DNA of 64,000 nt from Clostridia bacterium. Its GTDB lineage: Bacteria; Bacillota; Clostridia; Oscillospirales; CAG-382. Both the position numbers and the translations under genes were made by a program. The stretch covers positions 817 to 64,816 of the forward strand of contig JAFQKR010000001.1 of NCBI GenBank assembly GCA_017396825.1, written 5' to 3'. Shown here piece after piece: positions 52,082 through 61,858 of the stretch. The stretch's first letter is position 1, and each line of letters begins with the position of its first letter. A model generated the notes under the pieces. The model ran no database searches and was not told the origin of the DNA. It saw only the letters and a list, made by a program, of their open reading frames with translations.

Positions 52082-53020
52082 ATGCTTAGGTTTTATAAAA
52101 ACTTTGGCGGCAGAGCCGTTGAAATTGAAGACTATACCGAAAACTGTTGGGTGCGTATGATAGCCCCCACCGAGGAAGAACTGCTTTGGGCTTGCTCAAA
52201 GCTGCACATTCCGGAGACCTTCTTGCGATCATCGCTGGACGAAGAGGAACGAAGCCGTATAGACGAGGAGGACGATTGCACTCTCATCATCGTTGACACT
52301 CCCACAGCAGAGAAAAACGGCACTGAAATTGAATACTCAACCATTCCTTTCGGCATTATAGTAACTCCGTCAGGCGTGGTAACAGTGTGTCTCAAAGAAA
52401 CTGCGCTGCCGGCTCAGATATTAGATGGTACCGTAAAGAACATAAAAACATCAAAGATTAGACGTTTTGTTCTTCAAATTCTCTTCCAAAATGCAACGTT
52501 GTTTTTGTACTATCTACGGCGAACCGAAAGGGAAATATCCAATACCGAAAAAAGCTTGCGTAATGATATGAGGAATAAGGAGCTTATCAGACTCTTACAT
52601 CTTGACAAAGGGCTTGTTTATTTCTCAACAGGCTTAAAGGGCGACCAGGCAGTGCTTGAAAAGCTTGCCCGTATGCGTTTTATCAGCGCTTATCCCGAGG
52701 ATGCCGAACTATTGGAGGACGTTATAGTAGAAAACCGTCAGGCAATGGAAATGTGTACAATATACAGAGATATCCTTTCGGGCACCATGAACGGGTATTC
52801 CAGCGTTATCTCAAATAATCTTAATACGGTCATGAAACTGCTTGCAGCTGTGACGATAATCTTGACCGTGCCACAGCTTGTGTTTTCTCTGTGGGGGATA
52901 AACGTTCCCGTGCCTTTTGAAGGCAACGAGTGGGGTTTTTTGGCCGTATTGGGGATAGGCACGGTGCTTACTGTCGGCGCCTTTGTGCTTGCCCTTTCCA
53001 GAAATTGGTTTAAAAAATAA
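52082..53020 (+). CDS. corA: CorA-family divalent cation transporter (GIN variant)
   Basis: LDEEERSRI, LVYFSTGL, ISNNLNTVMKLL, WGINVPVP, two C-terminal TM helices; ATG 52082 after GGAGGTG. Confidence 0.93.
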   Translation: MLRFYKNFGGRAVEIEDYTENCWVRMIAPTEEELLWACSKLHIPETFLRSSLDEEERSRIDEEDDCTLIIVDTPTAEKNGTEIEYSTIPFGIIVTPSGVVTVCLKETALPAQILDGTVKNIKTSKIRRFVLQILFQNATLFLYYLRRTEREISNTEKSLRNDMRNKELIRLLHLDKGLVYFSTGLKGDQAVLEKLARMRFISAYPEDAELLEDVIVENRQAMEMCTIYRDILSGTMNGYSSVISNNLNTVMKLLAAVTIILTVPQLVFSLWGINVPVPFEGNEWGFLAVLGIGTVLTVGAFVLALSRNWFKK

Positions 53021-53031
53021 ATATAAAAGAA

Positions 53032-53066
53032 AAACGAGGGTGCCGGGTGGCCCCTCGTTTGTTTTT
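53032..53066. terminator. Bidirectional terminator between corA and the recombinase/ssp 3' end
   Basis: AAACGAGGG...CCCTCGTTT with A-rich left flank and T-rich right flank. Confidence 0.75.
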
Positions 53067-53185
53067 CAAAACGCGCTCTTTGCTTCCCATAATACAAAGC
53101 GTATTGCTTCGTATATTCCATCAAAGTTTAAAGCAATTGCAACGTTTCGGTAAATCTCGCGGAACTTATCCTTGAAACCTACCAC

Positions 53186-53224
53186 TTATTTCATAGAATT
53201 TTCGGCGTTCTGGATCATCTTCTT
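53186..53224 (-). pseudogene. Probable 3' fragment of a split alpha/beta-type SASP (ssp) gene, fused in frame to the recombinase
   Basis: Encodes KKMIQNAENSMK*, which matches the clostridial SASP C-terminus (GGxMVKKMIxxxExxM) as recalled from family knowledge. Confidence 0.6.
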
Positions 53225-54856
53225 CAACGTGTGACCCGTACGACCTCTTAATTTCCGGAGCCATTTTTCCGTGCTTTCACCTGTAAATATCTTAATTTCA
53301 AGCTTTGCAAGGTCCTCTCCTTCCATTGTTACAATAATGTTATCAATGTACTGTGCCACAAACTCATTAGTAATCATACCCGTGCTTGCGTCTCTGATCG
53401 CCGCTTCCAAACGAGCCCTTACTTCACGCATATGCTTCTGATATTCTTCTCTGGTGAAAAGCTGTTCTTCAAGCTCGGCAAGAGTTCTTTTTGCTGCATC
53501 GATTTCTCGATCACAATTATCAGTCATTGATTTGAAATTAGCATTTGTAATAGAATCGGTTGCAACAAGCTCAAGCAGCTTGTTTTTCTTTTGTTCGCCA
53601 AGCTCGATGATTCGTCTTTGCTCTGCAATCTGCATTGATGTTTCATCGTCGTTTTCCAATGACTTAAACATGTCGGTATAGGTTTCAAGCAACGCTTCAA
53701 CGTCTACCTTGGTTTCGCTGAATGCTTCAAACAAGATGGGTTTGATTTCATCTTCGTATATGGGGAAAGAGGGGCAAGCGTCAGCGCCGTTGTTGATCTT
53801 TTTTGAGCATACCCATTTGGAATTAACGGTTCCATCTTTGCTCTTGGATTCTCTGCGATAGTAAGCAGCACCACAATGAGAACAGAACAGTTTTCCGGTA
53901 AGCAGGTTAGCATGATTACAAATGCCTTGGCGATTCTTTACGTCTTCGCTTCTGCGGCGTAATATCTCGTTGGCCTTATCCCATAATTCTTCAGATACAA
54001 GAGCAGGAACAATTTCGCCGGTTTCATCCTTAAACATTACCCATTCTTCAGGAGGCAAAAATTTTTGCTTCTTAGTGAACATATCAACGATACGCACTTT
54101 ATTACCTACGTAATAACCTTTGTATTTAGGGTTGGAGATAATCCCTGACATAGTGTTATGTGCTATTTTGTTGCCATTATAGTTGCGATAGCCTTGTTCA
54201 TAGAATAATGCTTCAAGCTGCTTCATGCTGTATTTGCCGGTTGCGTAAAGCCGAAACAAGTCGCGTACCATAGGGGCTTGGCTCTCGTCTATAACAAGGC
54301 GTTTTTCGTCCTTTGTGTAACCAAAGATGCGGCTATTACCAAGCACTACATTTGATTTAATTGCTTGCTGATGGCCGAATTTTACACGCGAGGAAAGCTT
54401 TCTAAGCTCGTCTTGGGCGATTGAAGACATAATAGTTAAACGTAGCTCTGCATCTTCATCAAGGGTATTTATGTTATCGTTCTGAAAGAATACGCCGACG
54501 CCCCAACTGAGAAGCTCTCTTGTGTATTGCAATGAGTCCAAAGTGTTACGGGCAAAACGTGAGATTTCTTTTGTGATGATAAGATCAAACATATCATCCT
54601 TAGCGTCAGAAATCATTTCATTAAAGCGTTTTCTTTTCTTTGTGGAAATGCCGGAAAGACCTTCATCAATGTAACCTGAAACAAAAGTCCACGCCTTGTT
54701 TTTCTTAATAAAATTCTCGTAATAAGATATCTGATTATCGAGTGAGTTAAGTTGTTCATCCGTGTCCGAAGAAACGCGGGCATAATAAGTAACCCTCAGA
54801 GGGATGTCGTATATTGTTTTTGCTCGCATCATTGTGCGAATGCTTAATATATCCAT
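53186..54856 (-). CDS. Large serine recombinase (SpoIVCA/TnpX-like)
   Basis: Catalytic YARVSS, DEGLSG, KEISRFARN, recombinase domain NPKYKG, zinc ribbon CSHC...C...C, coiled coil. Confidence 0.96.
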   Translation of the reverse strand: MDILSIRTMMRAKTIYDIPLRVTYYARVSSDTDEQLNSLDNQISYYENFIKKNKAWTFVSGYIDEGLSGISTKKRKRFNEMISDAKDDMFDLIITKEISRFARNTLDSLQYTRELLSWGVGVFFQNDNINTLDEDAELRLTIMSSIAQDELRKLSSRVKFGHQQAIKSNVVLGNSRIFGYTKDEKRLVIDESQAPMVRDLFRLYATGKYSMKQLEALFYEQGYRNYNGNKIAHNTMSGIISNPKYKGYYVGNKVRIVDMFTKKQKFLPPEEWVMFKDETGEIVPALVSEELWDKANEILRRRSEDVKNRQGICNHANLLTGKLFCSHCGAAYYRRESKSKDGTVNSKWVCSKKINNGADACPSFPIYEDEIKPILFEAFSETKVDVEALLETYTDMFKSLENDDETSMQIAEQRRIIELGEQKKNKLLELVATDSITNANFKSMTDNCDREIDAAKRTLAELEEQLFTREEYQKHMREVRARLEAAIRDASTGMITNEFVAQYIDNIIVTMEGEDLAKLEIKIFTGESTEKWLRKLRGRTGHTLKKMIQNAENSMK

Positions 54857-54972
54857 AATTCCAACCTTTTCTAAAAAGTTCGTTATATCATTATCTATAT
54901 CAATGATTATATAGAAAACGACTCAAAAACGCAATAGTAAGGTCGAACTTTGTAAAATATTTCCTCGTTGTA

Positions 54973-55152
54973 TTATAGGGCAGTTCTGTTATGAGAAAGC
55001 TTTGATTTTCTCATTGCGATTTTTTCAGTCATTTTCTTGTATTCTTTTTCAGAAATCGTACCATGTTCAAAAAGATAACGATTAAAATAATTTAACCAAA
55101 TATCCTCTGAAAGACGTTTTTCGCTATTTTCGTCGAACAAAGCTTTCTTCAT
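54973..55152 (-). CDS. Small (59 aa) protein upstream of the recombinase, candidate directionality factor
   Basis: ATG 55152 after GAGGTG; WLNYFNRYLFEHGTISEKEYKKM (SHOCT-like G.I...EY pattern). Confidence 0.7.
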   Translation of the reverse strand: MKKALFDENSEKRLSEDIWLNYFNRYLFEHGTISEKEYKKMTEKIAMRKSKLSHNRTAL

Positions 55153-55459
55153 TGCCCCCACCTCTTTTCGATGGAAATTCTCGTCTATGCTTTCAAATTA
55201 ACAAAGAAAACACATCAATAAAAAATATGGTGCTTATAATCAAATTTCCGGTTTACACTTAAAAATCTTCAAATTTGATTTTTGCCCCATATAAAACCAT
55301 GTATTCAAATTTTGCTTGTGTTTACGTTTCAGCATACCGTTATTTCGCGTTTTTAAAGACGCATTTATACTTGTTAAGAAATGAAGATGATTAATAATGT
55401 GTTGCGAAAAAAACGATCAAATAATAGCGCGGTTATTGTTAAAATGCGTAGTTTTTCTG

Positions 55460-55488
55460 TTGACATTTAATGATTTATAGTATAAAAT
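55460..55488 (+). promoter_or_regulatory. SigA-type promoter of the pilus operon
   Basis: TTGACA-N17-TAAAAT. Confidence 0.75.
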
Positions 55489-55578
55489 GATAAATTAGAA
55501 TAGGTATGCTTTCATGGCGCGGTGTGACTGTGTGTACCATTATTCATCATAATGCTTATTTTAAGGGCAGGTTAAATT

Positions 55579-56100
55579 ATGACGGAAAAAGATCTGAAAA
55601 AGTTAAGCAGGATAGAACTTTTGGAGATGCTTATCGAACAAACTGAGGAAAATCAAGAGTTAACGGCGCACATACGAGTGCTTCAGCAAAAACTTGACGA
55701 TAGGCGAATAATGATAGATGAGTCAGGCTCCATTGCTGAAGCGAGCCTTAAACTTAACGGCATTTTTGATGCGGCACAGGCGGCGGCAGACGAGTATTTG
55801 GAAAACGTGCGTCGTAACAGCGCTCGTCAGGAAAATCTTGTGGAAAAGGCAGAGGCTCTGGCAAGAGAAAAGGTGACCCAGATGATAGCCGAGGCTGATG
55901 AGCGTTGTCGCAGGATGGAGGATGAAACCGCCAGAAAATGCGATGCTATGACGATGAAGGCAAGACGAGAGGCTGATTCGTATTGGGCACAAGTATCCTC
56001 AAAGCTTAACGCCTATCTTAAACAGCATAGTGACTTAAAAAATCTTTTGACAAGGGATTTCCCTGCGGTAGGTAGCAGTAATTATTCTATGGATGATTGA
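55579..56100 (+). CDS. Cytoplasmic coiled-coil protein with DivIVA-like character
   Basis: LKKLSRIELLEMLIEQ, SIAEASL...AAQAAADEY, then a long A/E/R-rich coil; first gene of the pilus operon. Confidence 0.75.
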   Translation: MTEKDLKKLSRIELLEMLIEQTEENQELTAHIRVLQQKLDDRRIMIDESGSIAEASLKLNGIFDAAQAAADEYLENVRRNSARQENLVEKAEALAREKVTQMIAEADERCRRMEDETARKCDAMTMKARREADSYWAQVSSKLNAYLKQHSDLKNLLTRDFPAVGSSNYSMDD

Positions 56101-56102
56101 CA

Positions 56103-56687
56103 ATGAAAAAAAAACAAATAAAGGATATTCCGTCGATCCAAACCATGGAGGCGGAGCTTAAGCGTGTAAAGCATCGTAAAAGATATATCCGTGTTATACA
56201 AAGCACCTTATATACGCTTATAACCGTTGCCGCAGTGGCAGCGCTGGTGGCTACCTTATGGATGCCGGTGCTTCAGATACATGGAAACTCCATGTCGCCT
56301 ACCATGAATGACGGGAACATTCTTGTTTCCGTAAAAGGTGGCGGTTATGAAAGCGGTGATATAATTGCTTTCTATTATAACAATAAAATATTAGTGAAAA
56401 GAGTAATAGCACTCCCCGGTGATTGGGTGGATATGGACGAAAACGGCAATGTGTTCGTAAACAGCACCTTGCTTGACGAGCCGTATCTTGCCGAAAAGGC
56501 TTATGGGGATTGCGACCTTGAGTTCCCTTATCAAGTGCCTGCGGCGAAGCTTTTCGTGATGGGCGACCAACGAAGTGTTTCCGTTGATTCCCGCAATAGT
56601 GGCATAGGTTGTATTGCAGACGACCAAATAGTGGGAAAAATAGTCTTTAGAGTGTGGCCGTTATCGGATATAGGTGCGGTCGATTAA
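56103..56687 (+). CDS. lepB: Signal peptidase I (pilus-associated, S26 family)
   Basis: GNSMSPT (catalytic Ser), LVKRVIALPGD (catalytic Lys), FVMGD.R..S.DSR. Confidence 0.92.
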   Translation: MKKKQIKDIPSIQTMEAELKRVKHRKRYIRVIQSTLYTLITVAAVAALVATLWMPVLQIHGNSMSPTMNDGNILVSVKGGGYESGDIIAFYYNNKILVKRVIALPGDWVDMDENGNVFVNSTLLDEPYLAEKAYGDCDLEFPYQVPAAKLFVMGDQRSVSVDSRNSGIGCIADDQIVGKIVFRVWPLSDIGAVD

Positions 56688-56703
56688 AGGAAAACAAAGA
56701 ATT

Positions 56704-59700
56704 ATGAAGAAAAATGTGCTGCGACAAGCGGCAAGATACAGCAAAGCACACAATAGAATAAAACGCTGGCATCGTGTCGTAGCAGGTTTTTCGGCGGTGG
56801 TGGTATTCATTACTACCTATGCGCTTATCCTACCGGCACTTACCAAGGAGCGAGTTACGTACTGCGGTATGGAGGAGCATACCCACGGCGCGGAGTGTTA
56901 TTACACGCCCACCAAGGCTCTTACTTGCACCGCTTCTTCACACAGCCATAGCGAGGAGTGTATGGATGAGGATGGCAATTCGATTTGCGGTTATGCTAAC
57001 TTCTTGATACACAGCCATAACAAGCAATGCTATGACGAGAGGGGCTTACTGATTTGCCGTTTAGCTGAGATAGAACTTCACAGTCACGACGAGGCTTGCT
57101 ACTCTTTGGCAAGCGGAGAGATAAGCGATGAAGTTTCCTCTGAAATTAGCGAGGAAAAAACGCTCCACTGCGATAAGAGTGTATACACCTTACATACCCA
57201 TGGCGAAGGCTGTAAGGGCGAAAACGGAGACCTCCTTTGCGGAAAGACTGAGATTGTTGAACATATACACAGCGACGTTTGCTTTACCGCGTTAAGTGAT
57301 GCGGAGGCAGTACTTATCTGCTCACATAAGGAGCATAAGCACGACGAGGGCTGTTATGTGGATAAAACAGGGGATGTAGAAGAACCGGAGGATTGGGAGG
57401 CAAGCTTGCCCAAAACCCTTACAGGAGTGTGGCAGACAGATGTAGTGGAAGTAGCAAAAAGCCAGATAGGTTATTACGAGAGTTCTGTAAACACTGTTAC
57501 GGATAAAGATGGCAACACCAGAGGCTACACACGTTACGGCGCTTGGTATGGTTCTTCCTATGGTGTTTGGGATGCGACCTTTGCTTCTTTCTGTCTGTAC
57601 TACGCAGGGGTAAAGAAGGAGTACTTCAGTTTTGACTCCGACAGTGAACGCTGGATGGAGCATTTAGAAAAATCCGGCTATTATAAAAAGGCATCAGACT
57701 GTGCGCCTAAAGAGGGGTATCTTGTCTTTTTCAGGAACGGCTCGGGCAGTAGCGCGGTTTATACCGTAGGAATAGTTGCCGCAGTATTGATGGACGAGGA
57801 CGGTAACAATACAGGCGTAAAGGTTATCGCAGGTGACCTTGGCAACCGCGTACAGTATGCTGAATACGCTTTTACGGACGAAACTATAGTGGGCTACGGC
57901 ACACTTGATAAAGCATATGAGGAATATAAAAACAGCACTCCAAGAGAGCATACGTATACCGATGGCGAGGTTACAGTAAAGGCTACCTACTATCCTGCCG
58001 CAGGCATACCCCAAGGTGCGGAATTAGTAGTTAAGCCCATAGGTGATACACTTTCCGAGTATGACGATTGCTACAAGCAGGCTAAAGAACGGCTTGATGC
58101 GGCAAACGGACAGGTAAAGACCACAGATATAAAGGATTTCAAGCTTTACGATATACATTTCAACCTTGATGGTGAGGAAATACAGCCCATAGATACGGTA
58201 TATATAAGCGTTAGTTTTGCCGCCGAAGAGCACACCGAGGATACCGAGGTAACGGTGCTCCATTATACGGACGATAAGACTGAGGTTCCAAGAGTGCAGG
58301 AATACGAGGTGAAGGACGGTAAGTTAAAGGCTGACTTCCAAACGGACAGCTTTTCGCTGTTTGCTATAGTTACCTCCGAAAGCACGGTTAACTCTATAAT
58401 AACAGCAAACAAATTCAATGTAACTACATCAGGCGGGTGGTGGAATCAGACCATAAATCTTCCCACGGCCAATTGTGCCATTGTTTACGGCGGCTATGCT
58501 CTTACGGTTGACGAAAACGGTATCCTAAAGACCGTTGCAGTTCACACTCAGGAAAGTGGTGCAATAACTGTAGAAGAAAGTGCCGTGAGATGGCGGTTTG
58601 AAAGTACAAACTATATAAGAACTACTGTAAACGGTACAAATTATTACTTAATGGTTTCAGGTACCACACTTACCCTTACCTCTAATTCGGGGCAGCGCAG
58701 CTCCTTCACTCCCACCGCAACCAGTAACAACGTTACCTTGGCAAACAGCAATAGGTACATAAACCTTTCTGAATCGGGTGCGTCGATGGGCAACAGCGCT
58801 GCTCTCAGTCTTTACACAGTGCCCACGGGTGAGTTTACCGTAAACTTCGACGGCCGTATCGGTTATCCTCAGTACTATGGCAGTTCAAACTATAAGTTCA
58901 GAGGTTCTGAGAATAGGGGGGTGACCACGACAAACGGCGGCTACGTTACCCTGCCTGCAACTATGACCTTGCCGGGTAACTACCCAATGAAACTGAACGG
59001 CTGGTATGACATAATCAATATGGTCTACTACGACAGCTCCATGCTGGGTAAGCAGATAAAGGTCACCAACAACACTATTTTCTATCCCGAGTGGATAGCT
59101 GAAACCTACGATATAGGTCAGAACGCGGACGTGGTGGAGAATCAGCCCGATACCAGCGACTTTATTACCACCACCGTCTTTGACTATAACGAGCTATTCA
59201 ATACCCATAGCTCATATTATTCCACCACGGACAGCAAGTGGCACTTTGATCCCGATAGCGAGCTTGGATTTATCTTCTTCGACTACTTGACCGAGGGTAA
59301 TATCGGCAACATAACGGGTAAGAACGTTGAGGTGGACGGTATAACCGTAAACGAGGAGAAGACCGCAGGCACCCGTGGCGCAAGTACGAACTTCCCGGGG
59401 ACTATCACACCGGGTATATCCAACGAAACCAGACTTAACGCCCTATTCGGGGAAGATCCCGTGGCAGGCAGAATATCCTTGGGAGAGGGCGACTGGCTTT
59501 ACAGCTTCGACCCTGAGATAGGCTTCTATTATTACAACAGCGCTAAAAATGCCGCATCCTATAACCAAAGCGACCAGCGCTTTTACGTTTACGACTATAC
59601 AGTAAACATAGACAGTCAAAATAGCTTGAACGACTTTTTGCCCTTCAACTACGGCAAAACAACTTATAAGGAAAAGGACAACGAGGCAAACTACTGGTTT

Positions 59701-61799
59701 GGTATGAAGAGCGAAATAACCTTCTACCTTCCCGAGGACAGCGGCAGCCCCTATAACATTGCGGCAGACGGTAAAACCGATATGCAGCTTCGCTTCTCGG
59801 GTGACGACGACGTTTGGATATTTATCGACGGCGAGCTTGTTCTTGACCTTGGCGGCGTGCACGACGTGGTTTACGGCGAGGTAAACTTCGCTACGGGCAA
59901 GGTTAAAACGGGTCAGGCAATAGACGCAAACCATATAGCGGATAATACCGCGGACAGCTACGCAGGTATGCCGGGCGTTTCGGGCACGGCGGGTGTTACC
60001 ACTACCGATCTGCCTACGGTGCTTGAAGGCGGTACGGAGCATACCATAACCGTTTATTATCTGGAGCGTGGCTCTTCTCTTTCGAACTGCGCTATCTACT
60101 TCAACCTTTCTCCTTCCTATTCGCTGGAGATAACGAAGCATGACCAGGATAGCCGTTCACCCTTGGCAGGGGCCCAGTTCCAGATTTTCGATGACGAAGC
60201 CTGCACCCAGCCTTCTCTGCTTTACATAATGCAGGAGGACGGCACTCTTGAGGATGCACAGGGTGTTACCTTCACCACCGACGAGAACGGTATTGCAAAA
60301 TGCTGGGGTATGCTGCTTGGCAAATCCTACTACATAAAAGAGGTAAAACCGCCGCCGGGCTATACAGATATGTCCTACTACACAATAAGGATAAACCTTT
60401 CCGAAAGGGGCGAGGTTACTTATGTAGCATTGGACAGCAACGGCGGTCAATGGATATATGCTGATGCTTATATTTTCGCCTCGGACGAGGTACACCGTAT
60501 AGAAATAGATATATACAACGACGACATTGATAATTTGTTTGTCGGCGGCGAGGAAAAGCTGTATGTAGAAAAGGTCTGGGCAGAGGGTAGTGAAAGCATC
60601 CCCGACAGCATAGACGTAAGGCTTTACGCCAACGGCGTTGCCACCGACCGTATTATGACCCTTGACGAGGCAAATAACTGGCAGGGTATTTTCTACTCCC
60701 TTAAGGGAACGGACGACGAGGGTAACGAGATAGTCTACACCGTCAGGGAGGATAATCCACCCGCAGGCTTTGGCGACAGCTACAGCCGGGTAACGGGAAC
60801 GGAAACCTTGCCCGGAGAGGTTATACCTGCTCATTGGGAGCAGAAGGTCTATCTGGAGGACGGTGCTATTTACCGCTTCACCCTGCCCGATTATTACGGC
60901 TGGGCAATAAAGGGTATTTCAGGATCCGAGTCGATAGAGCCTGCAATAGCCGCGGACGGAAAAAATGATCAGCTATGGAAGGCGATAGCGGTAAACGGCG
61001 GCTTCCTGCTGCAAAACGTGGCTTACAATGACCGTTATCTGGGCGTAGGTCAAAACGTTGTGGGTACGACGGACACTACGGGTGCCCATGCCGTTATGAA
61101 CCTAGTCAACGGCTATCTTGTTTCCAATCAGGGGAGATACGTTCAAAAGGGCGCAAAGACCACGATAAACGGAAGCGGCTGGGGCTTTTACGGCGTAGGC
61201 ACGCAGGCAGAAGCCACGGGCGTTGTTGCCAACAAGTGGGTAGAGGAAACAGATACCTCTGTAACCGAGGAGATTGATGGCTGGCGTATTACCAACACTC
61301 CTTGGGACGAAACGACCTCCATACCCGTGGAAAAGCTGTGGGACGCCACGGTTTCCGAGGGACACAAGGAGGCGGTCGTCGTAAACCTATACCTGGTTAC
61401 CACGGGACAAACGGATACCGTTACTTATATATCAAGCCTGACGCTTAGCGCAGAAAATGGCTACAAGGGTAGCTTTGACTCTCTGGCTTATCCGGAAGAG
61501 GGAAGCTATTACTGCATCAGGGAAGTGACGGATAAATACGCGCCCACATACAGTGGCGAAATCGTCACCATCTTCACCGACAACGCCTACCACGACGCGG
61601 TCCGTGTTGAGATAGACAGCCGGGTAAGGGCGTAACCGTAAACATTACCAACTCGCTCCTTATATTGTTGCCCGAAACGGGTGGCAAGGGCGTCCTAACG
61701 TATACCATCGCAGGGACACTGCTTATGATAGCAGGTGCCGCCGCGTTGTATAAAAAACAAAAAAGCAGAGGGGAGGCTATAAACCAAACCAATGCGTAA
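56704..61799 (+). CDS. Large pilus tip adhesin (Cys/His repeats, degenerate CHAP, fibro-slime/PA14-like, SpaA and CnaB domains); its LPETG anchor is out of frame after about 61611-61632
   Basis: FSGDDDVWIFIDGELVLDLGGVH; PLAGAQFQI...YYIKEVKPPPGY; VEKVW and VEKLW CnaB starts; LPETGG-TM-basic tail in another frame at 61668-61799. Confidence 0.85.
56863..57357 (+). repeat. Seven C-x(4-7)-H-x-H-x3-C protein repeats
   Basis: CGMEEHTHGAEC, CTASSHSHSEEC, CGYANFLIHSHNKQC, CRLAEIELHSHDEAC, CDKSVYTLHTHGEGC, CGKTEIVEHIHSDVC, CSHKEHKHDEGC. Confidence 0.9.
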
Positions 61800-61858
61800 T
61801 TACTCCTTGCAAAAGAATAAAAAAATATAAAGAAACGAAAAACGAAAGGAACAAAAGC

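Noticed and set aside
53066-53185. 39-codon minus-strand ORF (GTG start; VVGFKDKFREIY...) right after the recombinase stop
   Set aside because: No SD, no recognisable motif, and short enough to arise by chance.
55165-55578. Invertible promoter, ssp 5' half or c-di-GMP riboswitch between the recombinase module and the pilus operon
   Set aside because: No flanking inverted repeats of convincing length, no SASP-like coding frame and no riboswitch consensus seen.
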